From positions 4,068-25,784 of the forward strand of contig JBHLRS010000046.1 of the NCBI GenBank assembly GCA_048882325.1: a stretch of 21,717 nt of DNA, written 5' to 3'. The first letter of the stretch is position 1; every line of letters starts with the position of its first letter. The notes below the pieces were generated by a model. The model did not search any database and was not told the origin of the DNA. It saw nothing but the letters and a program-made list of their open reading frames with translations. The position numbers and the translations under genes are program-made. Below, in pieces: positions 1 to 8,584 of the stretch. This DNA comes from Candidatus Thorarchaeota archaeon (GTDB lineage: Archaea; Asgardarchaeota; Thorarchaeia; Thorarchaeales; Thorarchaeaceae).

Positions 1-1
1 A

Positions 2-793
2 TCTGTTAGATTGTCCGAAGTAGTACGTGAAAGCAATCATGCAAATACTATCATCTTTGATATCAATGGTTCCGGTCAGAGTTTTGCACCAGGTCAGTTT
101 CTCATGATCTGGGTCCCAGGAGTCGATGAGATTCCAATGAGTATCTCACTCTGGAAACCTCCTAAAATGGGAGTCACTGTGCTCCCTGTCGGTGAAGCGA
201 CTAATGCACTGGCTTCACTTCGACCAGGGAACTGGATTGGCATCAGAGGACCATTTGGGTCATCATTCACACTTGAGTCTAAGAGCACGCTGGTCGTGGG
301 GGGTGGAGTTGGAATGGCGCCACTGAGACCCTTGGTCTACTCACTCCTTGAGATAGGCGCAGATGTGACCTTGTTGATTGCTGCTAAAACTAAAAACGAA
401 CTCATCTACTACGGGGAGTTCTCTCAGACAGAGGGTGACAGATTGAGTGTCAATGTTTCAACCGATGACGGCTCAGAGGGTTTCAAAGGACTGGCAACTA
501 AGGCAGCGAGTGAAATTTTGATGAAGAGTGACTTTGACACGCTGTATACCTGCGGTCCTGAACTGATGATATATGGTCTCTATAATCTGGTCAAAGACAA
601 GAAGATGGTCTTTCAAGCATCTCTTGAACGCTTCATGAAGTGTGGTTGTGGCATCTGTGGGACCTGTGCACTGGACCCAACTGGGTCGCTTGTCTGTGTG
701 GATGGACCGATATATTCAGGAGACCAGCTGTCGAGAACAACAGAATTTGGGAAATACCACAGAGATGCAATGGGTTTGAAGAAGAAGTTTTGA
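2..793 (+). CDS. pyrK: Dihydroorotate dehydrogenase electron transfer subunit (FAD/NAD-binding, [2Fe-2S]); probably 5'-truncated by the window edge
   Basis: Motifs PGQFLMIWVPG, RGPFG, GGGVGMAP, TDDGS, CGPELM and the cluster motif SLERFMKCGCGICGTC...VCVDGP. The frame is open back to position 2, so the TTG at 11 may not be the true start. Confidence 0.88.
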   Translation, partial: SVRLSEVVRESNHANTIIFDINGSGQSFAPGQFLMIWVPGVDEIPMSISLWKPPKMGVTVLPVGEATNALASLRPGNWIGIRGPFGSSFTLESKSTLVVGGGVGMAPLRPLVYSLLEIGADVTLLIAAKTKNELIYYGEFSQTEGDRLSVNVSTDDGSEGFKGLATKAASEILMKSDFDTLYTCGPELMIYGLYNLVKDKKMVFQASLERFMKCGCGICGTCALDPTGSLVCVDGPIYSGDQLSRTTEFGKYHRDAMGLKKKF

Positions 794-795
794 TA

Positions 796-828
796 CTGAA
801 GCACAGGTCTGATATGACCTGCACTCAG
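796..828 (-). terminator. Stem-loop between convergent pyrK and rps30e (rps30e 3' hairpin)
   Basis: Minus strand CUGA-GUGCAGGUC-AUAUCA-GACCUGUGC-U-UCAG, about 13 bp. G-U pairs favour the minus strand. No clear U-tract. Confidence 0.4.
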
Positions 829-837
829 ATGATCGGA

Positions 838-999
838 TTACTTGCGAACTCCGATAGTTTGGCCTTTGACGAATCGCTTTACGTAGTTCCTCTTGTTACG
901 GACACGAGGAATAGGTGTGTGTCTCTCACGACCCTGAACTTTGGGTGTGGATTCACGAACCTTACCGGCCTTTGTGAGTGAACCGTGTGAACCAGGCAT
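838..999 (-). CDS. rps30e: 30S ribosomal protein S30e (eS30), 53 aa
   Basis: [21 protein letters not shown]...[13 protein letters not shown] is the eS30 signature. The true start is the ATG at 999 with GAGGT upstream, not 1113 as in the ORF track. No ubiquitin-like fusion. Confidence 0.95.
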   Translation of the reverse strand: MPGSHGSLTKAGKVRESTPKVQGRERHTPIPRVRNKRNYVKRFVKGQTIGVRK

Positions 1000-1100
1000 C
1001 TTGTTTACCTCTGCTGGTTGGTCCGAATTGTTCTCATAAAAAGATATCCAATTGACACACTGATGTACGACCTTAATAGCGTCAGTCGATACCGGACTAC

Positions 1101-1679
1101 ATGACCCAGCCACGGCTGCGCTTACTGTCGACGCCTTCCCACATCGAAGACCACACCCCTCTTTATGTCGATGTCGATAGTGCGCGGCTGTGGAATCTTA
1201 TTGAGGATGAGACAGTCCACTTGGTCCTCAGAAGACCTGCATTATTAGAACTGGCTCGCAGACATGACGACCTGTTAATGGACTATTGTGAGGGGCTTTT
1301 GGGTTCTGAGGACTATGAGGATTGGCTCATGGGTATAGACCTTCTTGTAGCGCTAGGAAACCCCGACGCAGTCGATCGGTTGATTCTTGTCTATGCCCAA
1401 TCACTCCATGATGAGAGAAGGCATGTCCTGTGCAAGGTTGCACGAATCTTAACAGCCGAGCATGTGAAACCATTCAGTATCATGGTACGTGATATAGCCT
1501 GTCCAGGGGAATTGGATGTCACTGGTTGGACAAAGACTGCTGTATCAACTCTAAAGGATGTCTGCAGACGTTTTGGTATCGAAACATATGGAGAAGGTGA
1601 ATGTTTGACCTCATCAGGACCTTCGGATGTTGTTGACGTACTTGGCATTGATGAGATTAGTCAGATATCAGACAAATGA
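1101..1679 (+). CDS. Hypothetical protein with a HEAT/PBS-lyase-like helical repeat
   Basis: 192-aa ORF divergent from rps30e. The segment [25 protein letters not shown]...[12 protein letters not shown] resembles a HEAT repeat pattern. Confidence 0.6.
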   Translation: MTQPRLRLLSTPSHIEDHTPLYVDVDSARLWNLIEDETVHLVLRRPALLELARRHDDLLMDYCEGLLGSEDYEDWLMGIDLLVALGNPDAVDRLILVYAQSLHDERRHVLCKVARILTAEHVKPFSIMVRDIACPGELDVTGWTKTAVSTLKDVCRRFGIETYGEGECLTSSGPSDVVDVLGIDEISQISDK

Positions 1680-1864
1680 TAGAAGCAGGTGCCAGTGTCA
1701 ATTCATCAAAATCTGTTCTTTGAATGCTAAATAAAGAACCCTGAAAATACAATGTACTGTCAGAATGAATGACGAATTTTATCCGTTCCGGATGGTCTAG
1801 ATTAGCTCATTGTGGATTTCATGTGGGTTATACTTCTGTCACTGATAAGTAATCAGTGATTGCA

Positions 1865-2008
1865 ATGAGACAAGGCCGACAAGAGATCGATTCAAACACT
1901 TGGATTAAAACACTGAGACCGGGTCCATCAGAAACTGACCCAGAGCCTTGGATCATGACATTGCGACCGGGCCCATCAGAAACTGATCCAGAACCTTGGA
2001 ATCACTGA
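1865..2008 (+). CDS. Unannotated 47-aa repeat peptide MRQGRQEIDSNTWIK-TLRPGPSETDPEPWIM-TLRPGPSETDPEPWNH
   Basis: 48-nt period repeat. Copies at 1910-1951 and 1958-1999 differ at 5 positions, all synonymous in this frame. ATG at 1865 is preceded by GTGAT, an SD-like element with spacing similar to the map gene at 6805. Stop is TGA at 2006-2008. Confidence 0.85.
   Translation: MRQGRQEIDSNTWIKTLRPGPSETDPEPWIMTLRPGPSETDPEPWNH
1910..1999 (+). repeat. Direct repeat, 2 x 42 nt at a 48-nt period (coding), with a degenerate third copy at about 1865-1909
   Basis: ACACTGAGACCGGGTCCATCAGAAACTGACCCAGAGCCTTGG versus ACATTGCGACCGGGCCCATCAGAAACTGATCCAGAACCTTGG. Confidence 0.95.
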
Positions 2009-2048
2009 GTCAATGATTATCCTGCAAAGATTCCATGAATGAACACTT

Positions 2049-2081
2049 GTCCCACTGATGGGACGATTGTAACCTATTTTT
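2049..2081 (+). terminator. Possible terminator after the peptide gene
   Basis: GTCCCA-CTGA-TGGGAC hairpin followed by a T-run (CTATTTTT). Confidence 0.4.
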
Positions 2082-2182
2082 GAGTTGTAATCAATTACGT
2101 TCTTCAATCAATTGATTTGATTAAGGACAAGTCTAAAATGTAGTAACAGAAATTGAATCGACATTACTCAGGCGAATCTCTG

Positions 2183-4192
2183 ATGGCTTCTTCTCTTACG
2201 CTCTCAGTACGGGTTTGGACAACATTGGAAGAGTTTGAGGTAGGTGTCATCAACTATGCAAGGGATGGTGTTACAATAGAATTAGAATCTGGTGCAATCA
2301 TCTCTGATAAGACCTCTAGCAAAGCAACTTTTGAGGTGAGTAATCAGATTTCCCTCGCCAAGAGTGGCCAAAGTGTCGTTGAGCCAATGAGATCAAGGCT
2401 CGAAATACAATTGAAACCTATCTTGGTTATTCGTCATCCTTATACAAACCTTGGGGGTCAAGTCATTGAGGATATATTTCCACCCTCAACTTCAGGGTTC
2501 TATGGCAGACTGTTGAATGGAGAGAACGAGTCCCTCTTTTTTATTCAGCAGGTGAAGAATAGCAAACAGTTTTGGTTGACAATAACGGATCCACTCACTT
2601 CAAGAATCTTCGAAACACAAGTAATTCAACCATATGAAGCAGAGGCTCTTTCATTAGTAGACGATTATAGACTCAAGCGAATTCAATCGAGCAAAGTGGT
2701 TGAAACGGATGAAGATGTCTTGGATATACTAGACTCTCCAGCTCCATCGTGGCAAGAGCTTTCCAAGCTTGTTGAAGATGTTTCGATTCCTAATTTGCAA
2801 ATGGGAGATACAATGAGGGACACACTTACACACATTGTTCCGACTTCATTTCCAGATCAAATCCGAGAGGAACTAATGGCATTCCTTGCATATGTTATCC
2901 AAAGGAAACTTCCTGAGGAAGACCCTTTGGCATACATGGCAAGGTTCTCTTCAACGGCCATACTAGAAAGTCTTGTGACCGGACACCTGATGCATCTGAT
3001 TGACAAGACAGAGTGGCCATCTTACGTGAAACTCATGATTCTAGCTGCCAGAGGTCAACTTGAAGCCCCGAAAAGAGCTGTTTCGGATTCGATTCTAAGT
3101 GAGCCTTGGCAGGTGTATATCCACAAATGTGTAGAGCTGCTTCCTAGTTGGCTGAATATTGCAGTGGATTCCGTAAAAAGCCTGAATGAATCAGGTCGAG
3201 TGGTATTGGGTCTGCCGACCACGAAGAGTGCCGCTAGAAAGAGTAGGGCTCATTGGAAGAAACGGTTTGCAGAGATTTCCTATGACTTGATGGTAAGAGG
3301 ATACATTGAAGCATCGGCTCTGGGTTTGGTTGAGCTTGTCTATCTTGGTTCAGCCTACAGATGGCCACATAGACATATGAAGTTCATAACTCGACTGGGA
3401 GCTTCAAGTGAGAACCCACCACATCTACAAGTAATGCTCATGCCTCTCAATGCAGCAGAACGGGTCCGAAGAGCGCTTCCAAGTGTTATGAGCGTATCTT
3501 GGTCAGCAAGAACTTTGAATTTGGATTTAATTGATAAACAGTCAAACACTTGGGCAATACCGGTCCAACAGATTGTTGATTCGCTTGAGAAGAAAAGCAC
3601 GATTAGAAAATTGATGAACCGGTATGGGGGGAAAGAAGTTTCTGAAACATATTCAATGTCGTATACTGATTCCAAGATTGCTGATCTCTTCTCTGAAGGT
3701 GTCTTTCTGACATCCTTTGAAGAACCGGACTTCTTTAGTGACTTAGGTTTGGACAAAAGAAAGGTACGCAGACAATTGAAGAATCTAATTAAACGCAAAG
3801 TCATCAATCTGAAATACGAATTGTTTGATCCTAACTTAGCAACCATGGCTTTGATTTTGCAGGGGAAGAGTGAAACCGTCACTTCTGTCGTAGCTGAATT
3901 CCTGAGAAGTACACCCACAACATATGCTAGATTGGATAAGATGGGGGAGAGCGGAGTTTTGCTCTCAAGACTCACGGAGGAATCAGTTCATTCTATCGCT
4001 TCACAATTGACCTCACGGTCAATCGACCATGAAGTGACAATTCGTTGTATGCGACCAACCACATTTCGGGGCTACACATCAAATCTATACCAAAGGCTGT
4101 GGAAACCCAATGGAATATGGGACGATGATGTGAGTGCATTTCTCTCGCAGGCTCGTTCTAAGCGTAAGGAACTGTCAAAGAGTAATGCTTAA
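2183..4192 (+). CDS. Large hypothetical protein (669 aa) with a C-terminal Lrp/AsnC-like winged-helix and RAM-like region
   Basis: Long ORF; ATG 2183 preferred over TTG 2153. DSKIADLFSEG...FSDLGLDKRKVRRQLKNLIKRKVINLKY fits a wHTH, followed by an alternating beta/alpha segment. The N-terminal ~490 aa are not recognised. Confidence 0.6.
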   Translation: MASSLTLSVRVWTTLEEFEVGVINYARDGVTIELESGAIISDKTSSKATFEVSNQISLAKSGQSVVEPMRSRLEIQLKPILVIRHPYTNLGGQVIEDIFPPSTSGFYGRLLNGENESLFFIQQVKNSKQFWLTITDPLTSRIFETQVIQPYEAEALSLVDDYRLKRIQSSKVVETDEDVLDILDSPAPSWQELSKLVEDVSIPNLQMGDTMRDTLTHIVPTSFPDQIREELMAFLAYVIQRKLPEEDPLAYMARFSSTAILESLVTGHLMHLIDKTEWPSYVKLMILAARGQLEAPKRAVSDSILSEPWQVYIHKCVELLPSWLNIAVDSVKSLNESGRVVLGLPTTKSAARKSRAHWKKRFAEISYDLMVRGYIEASALGLVELVYLGSAYRWPHRHMKFITRLGASSENPPHLQVMLMPLNAAERVRRALPSVMSVSWSARTLNLDLIDKQSNTWAIPVQQIVDSLEKKSTIRKLMNRYGGKEVSETYSMSYTDSKIADLFSEGVFLTSFEEPDFFSDLGLDKRKVRRQLKNLIKRKVINLKYELFDPNLATMALILQGKSETVTSVVAEFLRSTPTTYARLDKMGESGVLLSRLTEESVHSIASQLTSRSIDHEVTIRCMRPTTFRGYTSNLYQRLWKPNGIWDDDVSAFLSQARSKRKELSKSNA

Positions 4193-4220
4193 AACCAAAC
4201 GTGGAAAACGAGCGACTTGA

Positions 4221-4334
4221 TGGCGGCCATAGGTTCCCGGGTACACCTGAACTCGGCCGAACTCAGAAGTTAAGCCGGGAATCGTTTGGGCAGATGTGCG
4301 CTGCGCGAGCGCGTGACAGGGCCCAAAGCTGCCA
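4221..4334 (+). rRNA. rrf: 5S rRNA (unlinked to 16S/23S)
   Basis: Helix I TGGCGGC/GCTGCCA, CCATAG, helix II GGTTCCCGG/CCGGGAATC, conserved CCGAACTCAGAAGTTAAGC, helix TTTGGGC/GCCCAAA, about 114 nt. Followed by a pyrimidine tract; TATA-like CTTAAAA at about 4188-4194. Confidence 0.93.
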
Positions 4335-4423
4335 CATTTTCCTTCTTCTTGATTCATGATAATACGAAAATGTAGAGATAGAAGTCATTAAAAGAACAAC
4401 GAACGAGGTCGAGACTGATTTAG

Positions 4424-5542
4424 ATGCAGATAGGCGAACCAAACGAATTCAGCTGGATTATCAATCTAGCATTCTTCGCGTTCATCATGATCTTCAGCCT
4501 CTATGGGGCGAGGTTTCAGATGTGGCAGTGGTTGAAGCAGATTGAAACTGGCTTACATGAGTTAAAGCGGATGTTCATTGAGTCACGTCAGACAGCCATT
4601 GATACATTCAAGGAATTTGGTAAGTCCGAGGAAGAAGTAGCAAAGGACTTGGATCGGTGGATGGATTATTTCACAATCATGCCAGTTGATTTGGATCCAG
4701 CAGGCATCTTGAAGCGATTGGATCACCTTCTAGACGAACGTAGAGACCGCTTCCAAGAATTTGTGGCTGAGTTGGCCCCTGAGTCAGGAGAGAGTACAGT
4801 TCAGAATCTAGAGAACACACTTGAGGTCACTCAGGTACTTGGACTCATCTTCAGGGTGGTCAGACACTTCTACCTTCTAGGGAAGAAGACTGGCAGCCAG
4901 ATCATGATAATGCAGATTCAGATGCAAATGCCCGATCTTCTCAGGCTGGCTAAGGCATACTTTGATGCACTTGGTGCCTTTGCAGACGGTAAACCAATTG
5001 GGGATGGAATCGGACCCTTGGTCATTACTAAATTTGCGAGAGAATATGGTGGTACTTCTGAGAATTACAACCACGAGATCTCACGCGAAGTTGGTTACTA
5101 CAAAGTTGAAGCTGAAGGAAGAACAGTCTATGCTCTCAGGGCCACTGGTCCTGGCGGCACTGTGGGAAAACCAGGCCTTGCAGTGAAAAAGCTGGCAGAT
5201 AAGATTGGTAAGAATGTGACACGAATTATCACGATAGATGCTGCATTAAAACTCGAGGGCGAGGAACTCGGAAGAGTGTCTGAAGGCACCGGAGCAGCTA
5301 TAGGCGACTTGGGACCCGAAAAGCATGCAATGGAACAGACCGCCACCGAACGTGGGATTGGTATAGAGGCCATTGTCATCAAACAGGATGAAGCGGCAGC
5401 TGTTGGTGTTATGGATAAACGAATCCTAGATTCGGTCCCAGAGGTCATCGAGCGAATAAAGACAGCAATCCTCAAGCGCACAAAACCCGGTGATAGCGTG
5501 ATTCTTGCAGGGATTGGAAACACTATGGGAATCGGCTTGTGA
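4424..5542 (+). CDS. DUF1512 family membrane-anchored protein
   Basis: N-terminal TM helix; motifs IMPVDLDPAGIL, PIGDGIGP, GPGGTVGKPG, IITIDAALKLEGE, GIGNTMGI. Confidence 0.85.
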   Translation: MQIGEPNEFSWIINLAFFAFIMIFSLYGARFQMWQWLKQIETGLHELKRMFIESRQTAIDTFKEFGKSEEEVAKDLDRWMDYFTIMPVDLDPAGILKRLDHLLDERRDRFQEFVAELAPESGESTVQNLENTLEVTQVLGLIFRVVRHFYLLGKKTGSQIMIMQIQMQMPDLLRLAKAYFDALGAFADGKPIGDGIGPLVITKFAREYGGTSENYNHEISREVGYYKVEAEGRTVYALRATGPGGTVGKPGLAVKKLADKIGKNVTRIITIDAALKLEGEELGRVSEGTGAAIGDLGPEKHAMEQTATERGIGIEAIVIKQDEAAAVGVMDKRILDSVPEVIERIKTAILKRTKPGDSVILAGIGNTMGIGL

Positions 5543-5552
5543 GGTGAATGTT

Positions 5553-5909
5553 GTGGGAATAGTTAGTAGAATTCTAGGACTAGTATTTGCTGCAGCAGGA
5601 TTCCTAATCTTATGGTTGACCTGGGGAACACCCGGTCAGTTCATCTGGTCCTTCGTCGGGATGTTCGTCATGGCCATGGGTTTCACATTATTGACTGCAG
5701 GACGGCAACAGAAAGAGGCGAAACCTCCGCCACCAACAGTCACGGAAATCAGATGTGACAGTTGTGACTTCAAGGAGATTCGAGATTTCCAGAAGGGTGA
5801 TTATGTATTAAAACCTGTAGAGGCGTCTTGTCCTAAGTGTCAGAGTTCCATGACCATTGAAGGCGTCTATATTGTGAGAGAAGAACCCGAGGACAAGGAT
5901 AAGATCTAG
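5553..5909 (+). CDS. Small membrane protein with two TM helices and a C-terminal zinc ribbon (CDSC...CPKC)
   Basis: GAGGTGA SD at 5541-5547 places the start at GTG 5553. Two hydrophobic segments, a Pro run and two CxxC pairs; coupled to DUF1512. Confidence 0.8.
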   Translation: MGIVSRILGLVFAAAGFLILWLTWGTPGQFIWSFVGMFVMAMGFTLLTAGRQQKEAKPPPPTVTEIRCDSCDFKEIRDFQKGDYVLKPVEASCPKCQSSMTIEGVYIVREEPEDKDKI

Positions 5910-6805
5910 TCCTTTTGGGTTAAGACTATGGGACCGTCCTCAGAGATGTAGACTGTGTGTTCAGTCTGACTCACGGGACGCCCCTTCTTCTCTATCTGCA
6001 TTGGATACCCGCGGATTGCTTTTGCTTTTAGTAGAGCCTTGATCTCCTCAATCAAATCTACATCTTTGGATTTTGTACCTATCCAACGAGATGCAAATGG
6101 GAGCGGACCATACCTTTCGCGAAGGTAAAGTCGAAGTTTTTCAGCTGTACCTTCCAGTGGTTCATCAACACCAGTATTTGAGAAGATGTACACGTATTCA
6201 CTATCAATTACTGTCCCAGTCCCGGTTGTCGCAAACGGTTCTATCGCATAATATTCTCCCACTTCAACGGTGCCAATTCCTTTCTTCTTCACATTTGGAA
6301 CTATTTTCCCTGCATGGAGTCTGTACTTCTTGATATTGTGACCCGATAGGTTCTTGATAGGTCTGAGTCCATACTCTTTGATTACTTTCTCAATAGTATG
6401 TCCAATATCTCCCAGTTCTGCACCTGGTCTCATCAGGTCAATTGCATCGGACAATGCATCTTCAGTGGCGATTACAAACCCCTCAAGTGTGCCATCGAGA
6501 TCAATGGTTCGTGCCGTATCTGTGATGTAACCATCAACATGAACTCCCACATCCAGTTTCACCAGTCCAAATTCAGGAATCTCACTCTTATCACCCCTGG
6601 GAGAGGTACTATGAGCTGCAATGTGATTGATTGAAACATTGAGGGGAAAGGCAGGAGTCCCTCCGTATTCCTTGATCTTGTTCTCAGCCAGAGCACAAAT
6701 CTTGATTATTCTCTTACCAGGTTCTATCTCATCACAAATCTCATCTAACACACGTGCTGCAATCTTCCCTGAACTAATTGCTGAGGGGTTTGGACCAGCA
6801 GACAC
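5906..6805 (-). CDS. map: Methionine aminopeptidase type II, copy 1
   Basis: AAH, KLDVGVHVDGYITDTA, SGH, LHAG, AIEPF, QTEHT: all five metal ligands present, plus the type II helical insert. AGGTGAT SD before the GTG. Confidence 0.93.
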   Translation of the reverse strand: MSAGPNPSAISSGKIAARVLDEICDEIEPGKRIIKICALAENKIKEYGGTPAFPLNVSINHIAAHSTSPRGDKSEIPEFGLVKLDVGVHVDGYITDTARTIDLDGTLEGFVIATEDALSDAIDLMRPGAELGDIGHTIEKVIKEYGLRPIKNLSGHNIKKYRLHAGKIVPNVKKKGIGTVEVGEYYAIEPFATTGTGTVIDSEYVYIFSNTGVDEPLEGTAEKLRLYLRERYGPLPFASRWIGTKSKDVDLIEEIKALLKAKAIRGYPMQIEKKGRPVSQTEHTVYISEDGPIVLTQKD

Positions 6806-6866
6806 TCAATCACCTTGTTGAGAGTGGAGGATAATGCACTCTTAAGCGGTTCCATGCCTGCTAGAC

Positions 6867-7778
6867 TTATTCATCGTCACGTCTAGTGGACACAATTGCA
6901 CCTGTTTTCCCGACAAAGATACTGTGCTCAAACTGTGAGACCATACCGTTCTTACCCTCGTACAGAACAGCATATCCATGGATGGCTCCTGCACGCTCGA
7001 GATTCTTAATTGCAGCAGTCACATCAATAGCTCCACTCTTTGAATGGAGCCATCTTCCAGCCCAGGGAAGACTTCCAAATCGCTGACGTGCAGCATTACG
7101 AACCCTGAGAGTTGTCTTGTCGAGTTTCTTCTTGCTCCTCAAGTCGTTTGAGAAGATATAGGCGTGGGGACCACTCTTTATCGTACCATTACCATCGGTG
7201 GCGAAGGGTTCTATGGCGAAGGTCTCTCCAAGACGCATTTTCGCGGTTAGTTTCATTCCAACATTTGGAACGTTCTTTCCAGCATGGAGGTTCCATGGTT
7301 TCAGCTGATGTCCCGAGAGTTGATGGATTGGTTTGAGACCATGCTGCTTTATCGTTCGCTCGACTGATTTCCCAACCTCTCCCAGAGAAACATCCGGTGT
7401 GACAGTTTCAATTGCGGATTCCAGGGCCGCTCGGGCCGCCTCAACGAACTTCTCGTAAGACCCGTCCAGGTCAACGGTGAGTGCAGTGTCAGAGAGGTGT
7501 CCATTCACATGGGCACCTACATCAATCTTCACGAGGCCCCTGTCTGGAAATGTCTTGATGTCAGCGTGGGGGCTTGTATAGTGTGCAGCCTCATCATTGA
7601 TTGATATATTGCATGGAAAGGCGACTCCAGTGGCACCAGATTCTAGAATCTTCTTCTCAGCTAGTTGACAGATCTTTAGTACTTTGACCCCTGGACGTAC
7701 CATCGGAGTAACAAAGCTCAATGCACGTGCAGCGATTCTCCCTGCTTTCATAAAATCTGGATGAGGCTTGGGGTCCAT
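6867..7778 (-). CDS. map: Methionine aminopeptidase type II, copy 2
   Basis: AFPCNIS, AAHYT, KIDVGAHVNGHLSDTA, SGH, LHAG, AIEPF, QFEHS. Confidence 0.93.
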   Translation of the reverse strand: MDPKPHPDFMKAGRIAARALSFVTPMVRPGVKVLKICQLAEKKILESGATGVAFPCNISINDEAAHYTSPHADIKTFPDRGLVKIDVGAHVNGHLSDTALTVDLDGSYEKFVEAARAALESAIETVTPDVSLGEVGKSVERTIKQHGLKPIHQLSGHQLKPWNLHAGKNVPNVGMKLTAKMRLGETFAIEPFATDGNGTIKSGPHAYIFSNDLRSKKKLDKTTLRVRNAARQRFGSLPWAGRWLHSKSGAIDVTAAIKNLERAGAIHGYAVLYEGKNGMVSQFEHSIFVGKTGAIVSTRRDDE

Positions 7779-7902
7779 GAATTATCACTGTCTTTTCGTC
7801 AACGATGAGATGTATTAACTTTCAGATTGGGCAGGATTATTGTTCTTAATGACAAAACATAGAAGTAAGAGGTCATGAATTCTGATTGAGAGAAACTAAA
7901 CC

Positions 7903-8571
7903 ATGAAAGTCACATATCTTGGTCATGCAGCATTCAAAATTGAAGAGGATGGGAAGATTGTCTATGTAGACCCATGGCTCAGTGGTCCGACATCACCAAT
8001 TACGGTTGATGATGTCAACAAGGCGGATATTGTGCTTGTCACGCACGATCATGGAGACCATGGCTATGCAGAGGCTCTTGGAATCTGCAAGAATACAGGA
8101 GCCACGTTTGTTGCCATAAATGAATTAGCCCATAAGGCTGGGTCTCAAGGTGTTAAGGAAATTCACACGCTGAATATTGGAGGAAGTGTGAATATCGGTG
8201 GCGTGGTCGTGACTCTTGTTCAAGCATTCCACTCATCAGGCGTCGGAGCACCAACAGGCTTCATTGTCCGGTTCCCAAGCAGCTCGTTCTATCATCCGGG
8301 AGATACTGGAGTGTTTGCTTCAATGCAGCTACTCGGAGAGCTATATCCAATCGACATGTTTTTCGCTCCAATCGGTTCTTATTTTGTCATGGATGTACAC
8401 CAAGCAGCTCTAGCAACGAAACTAGTAAAACCAAGTCACGTCATTCCTATGCATTATGACACATTTCCGGTCATAGAAGCAAATCCTGAGAAGTTCAAGG
8501 CACTTGTGTCTGAAACAAGTCCGGACACGAACGTGATTATTCTCAAACCGGGAGAAGAAACAGAGATATGA
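7903..8571 (+). CDS. Metallo-beta-lactamase-fold metal-dependent hydrolase (UPF0173-like)
   Basis: YLGHA, VDPW, THDHGDH, AFHSS, YHPGDT, IPMHYDTFP. Confidence 0.9.
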   Translation: MKVTYLGHAAFKIEEDGKIVYVDPWLSGPTSPITVDDVNKADIVLVTHDHGDHGYAEALGICKNTGATFVAINELAHKAGSQGVKEIHTLNIGGSVNIGGVVVTLVQAFHSSGVGAPTGFIVRFPSSSFYHPGDTGVFASMQLLGELYPIDMFFAPIGSYFVMDVHQAALATKLVKPSHVIPMHYDTFPVIEANPEKFKALVSETSPDTNVIILKPGEETEI

Positions 8572-8584
8572 GGGTGTAGAGTGC

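Noticed and set aside
791-840. Run of in-frame TGA codons after pyrK plus a hairpin, as selenocysteine read-through
   Set aside because: PyrK is already complete, the extension is meaningless, and the hairpin favours the opposite strand and lacks SECIS features.
1000-1113. N-terminal extension of S30e as a ubiquitin-like fusion (as in eukaryotic FAU)
   Set aside because: Only 38 aa with no ubiquitin pattern; it spans the divergent promoter region, and a good SD precedes ATG 999.
1910-1999. Repeat as a mini-CRISPR, hammerhead ribozyme or C/D sRNA (several CTGA motifs)
   Set aside because: The spacer is only 6 nt, there are no cas genes, and there is no complete hammerhead core or box C. The all-synonymous substitution pattern is better explained by coding.
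3355-3975. Long antisense or alternate-frame ORFs (also 20514-21080, 17016-17462, 10869-11276 and others)
   Set aside because: They overlap better-supported genes and show no motifs; typical shadow ORFs.
4175-4357. 60-aa minus-strand ORF
   Set aside because: Antisense shadow of the 5S rRNA gene.
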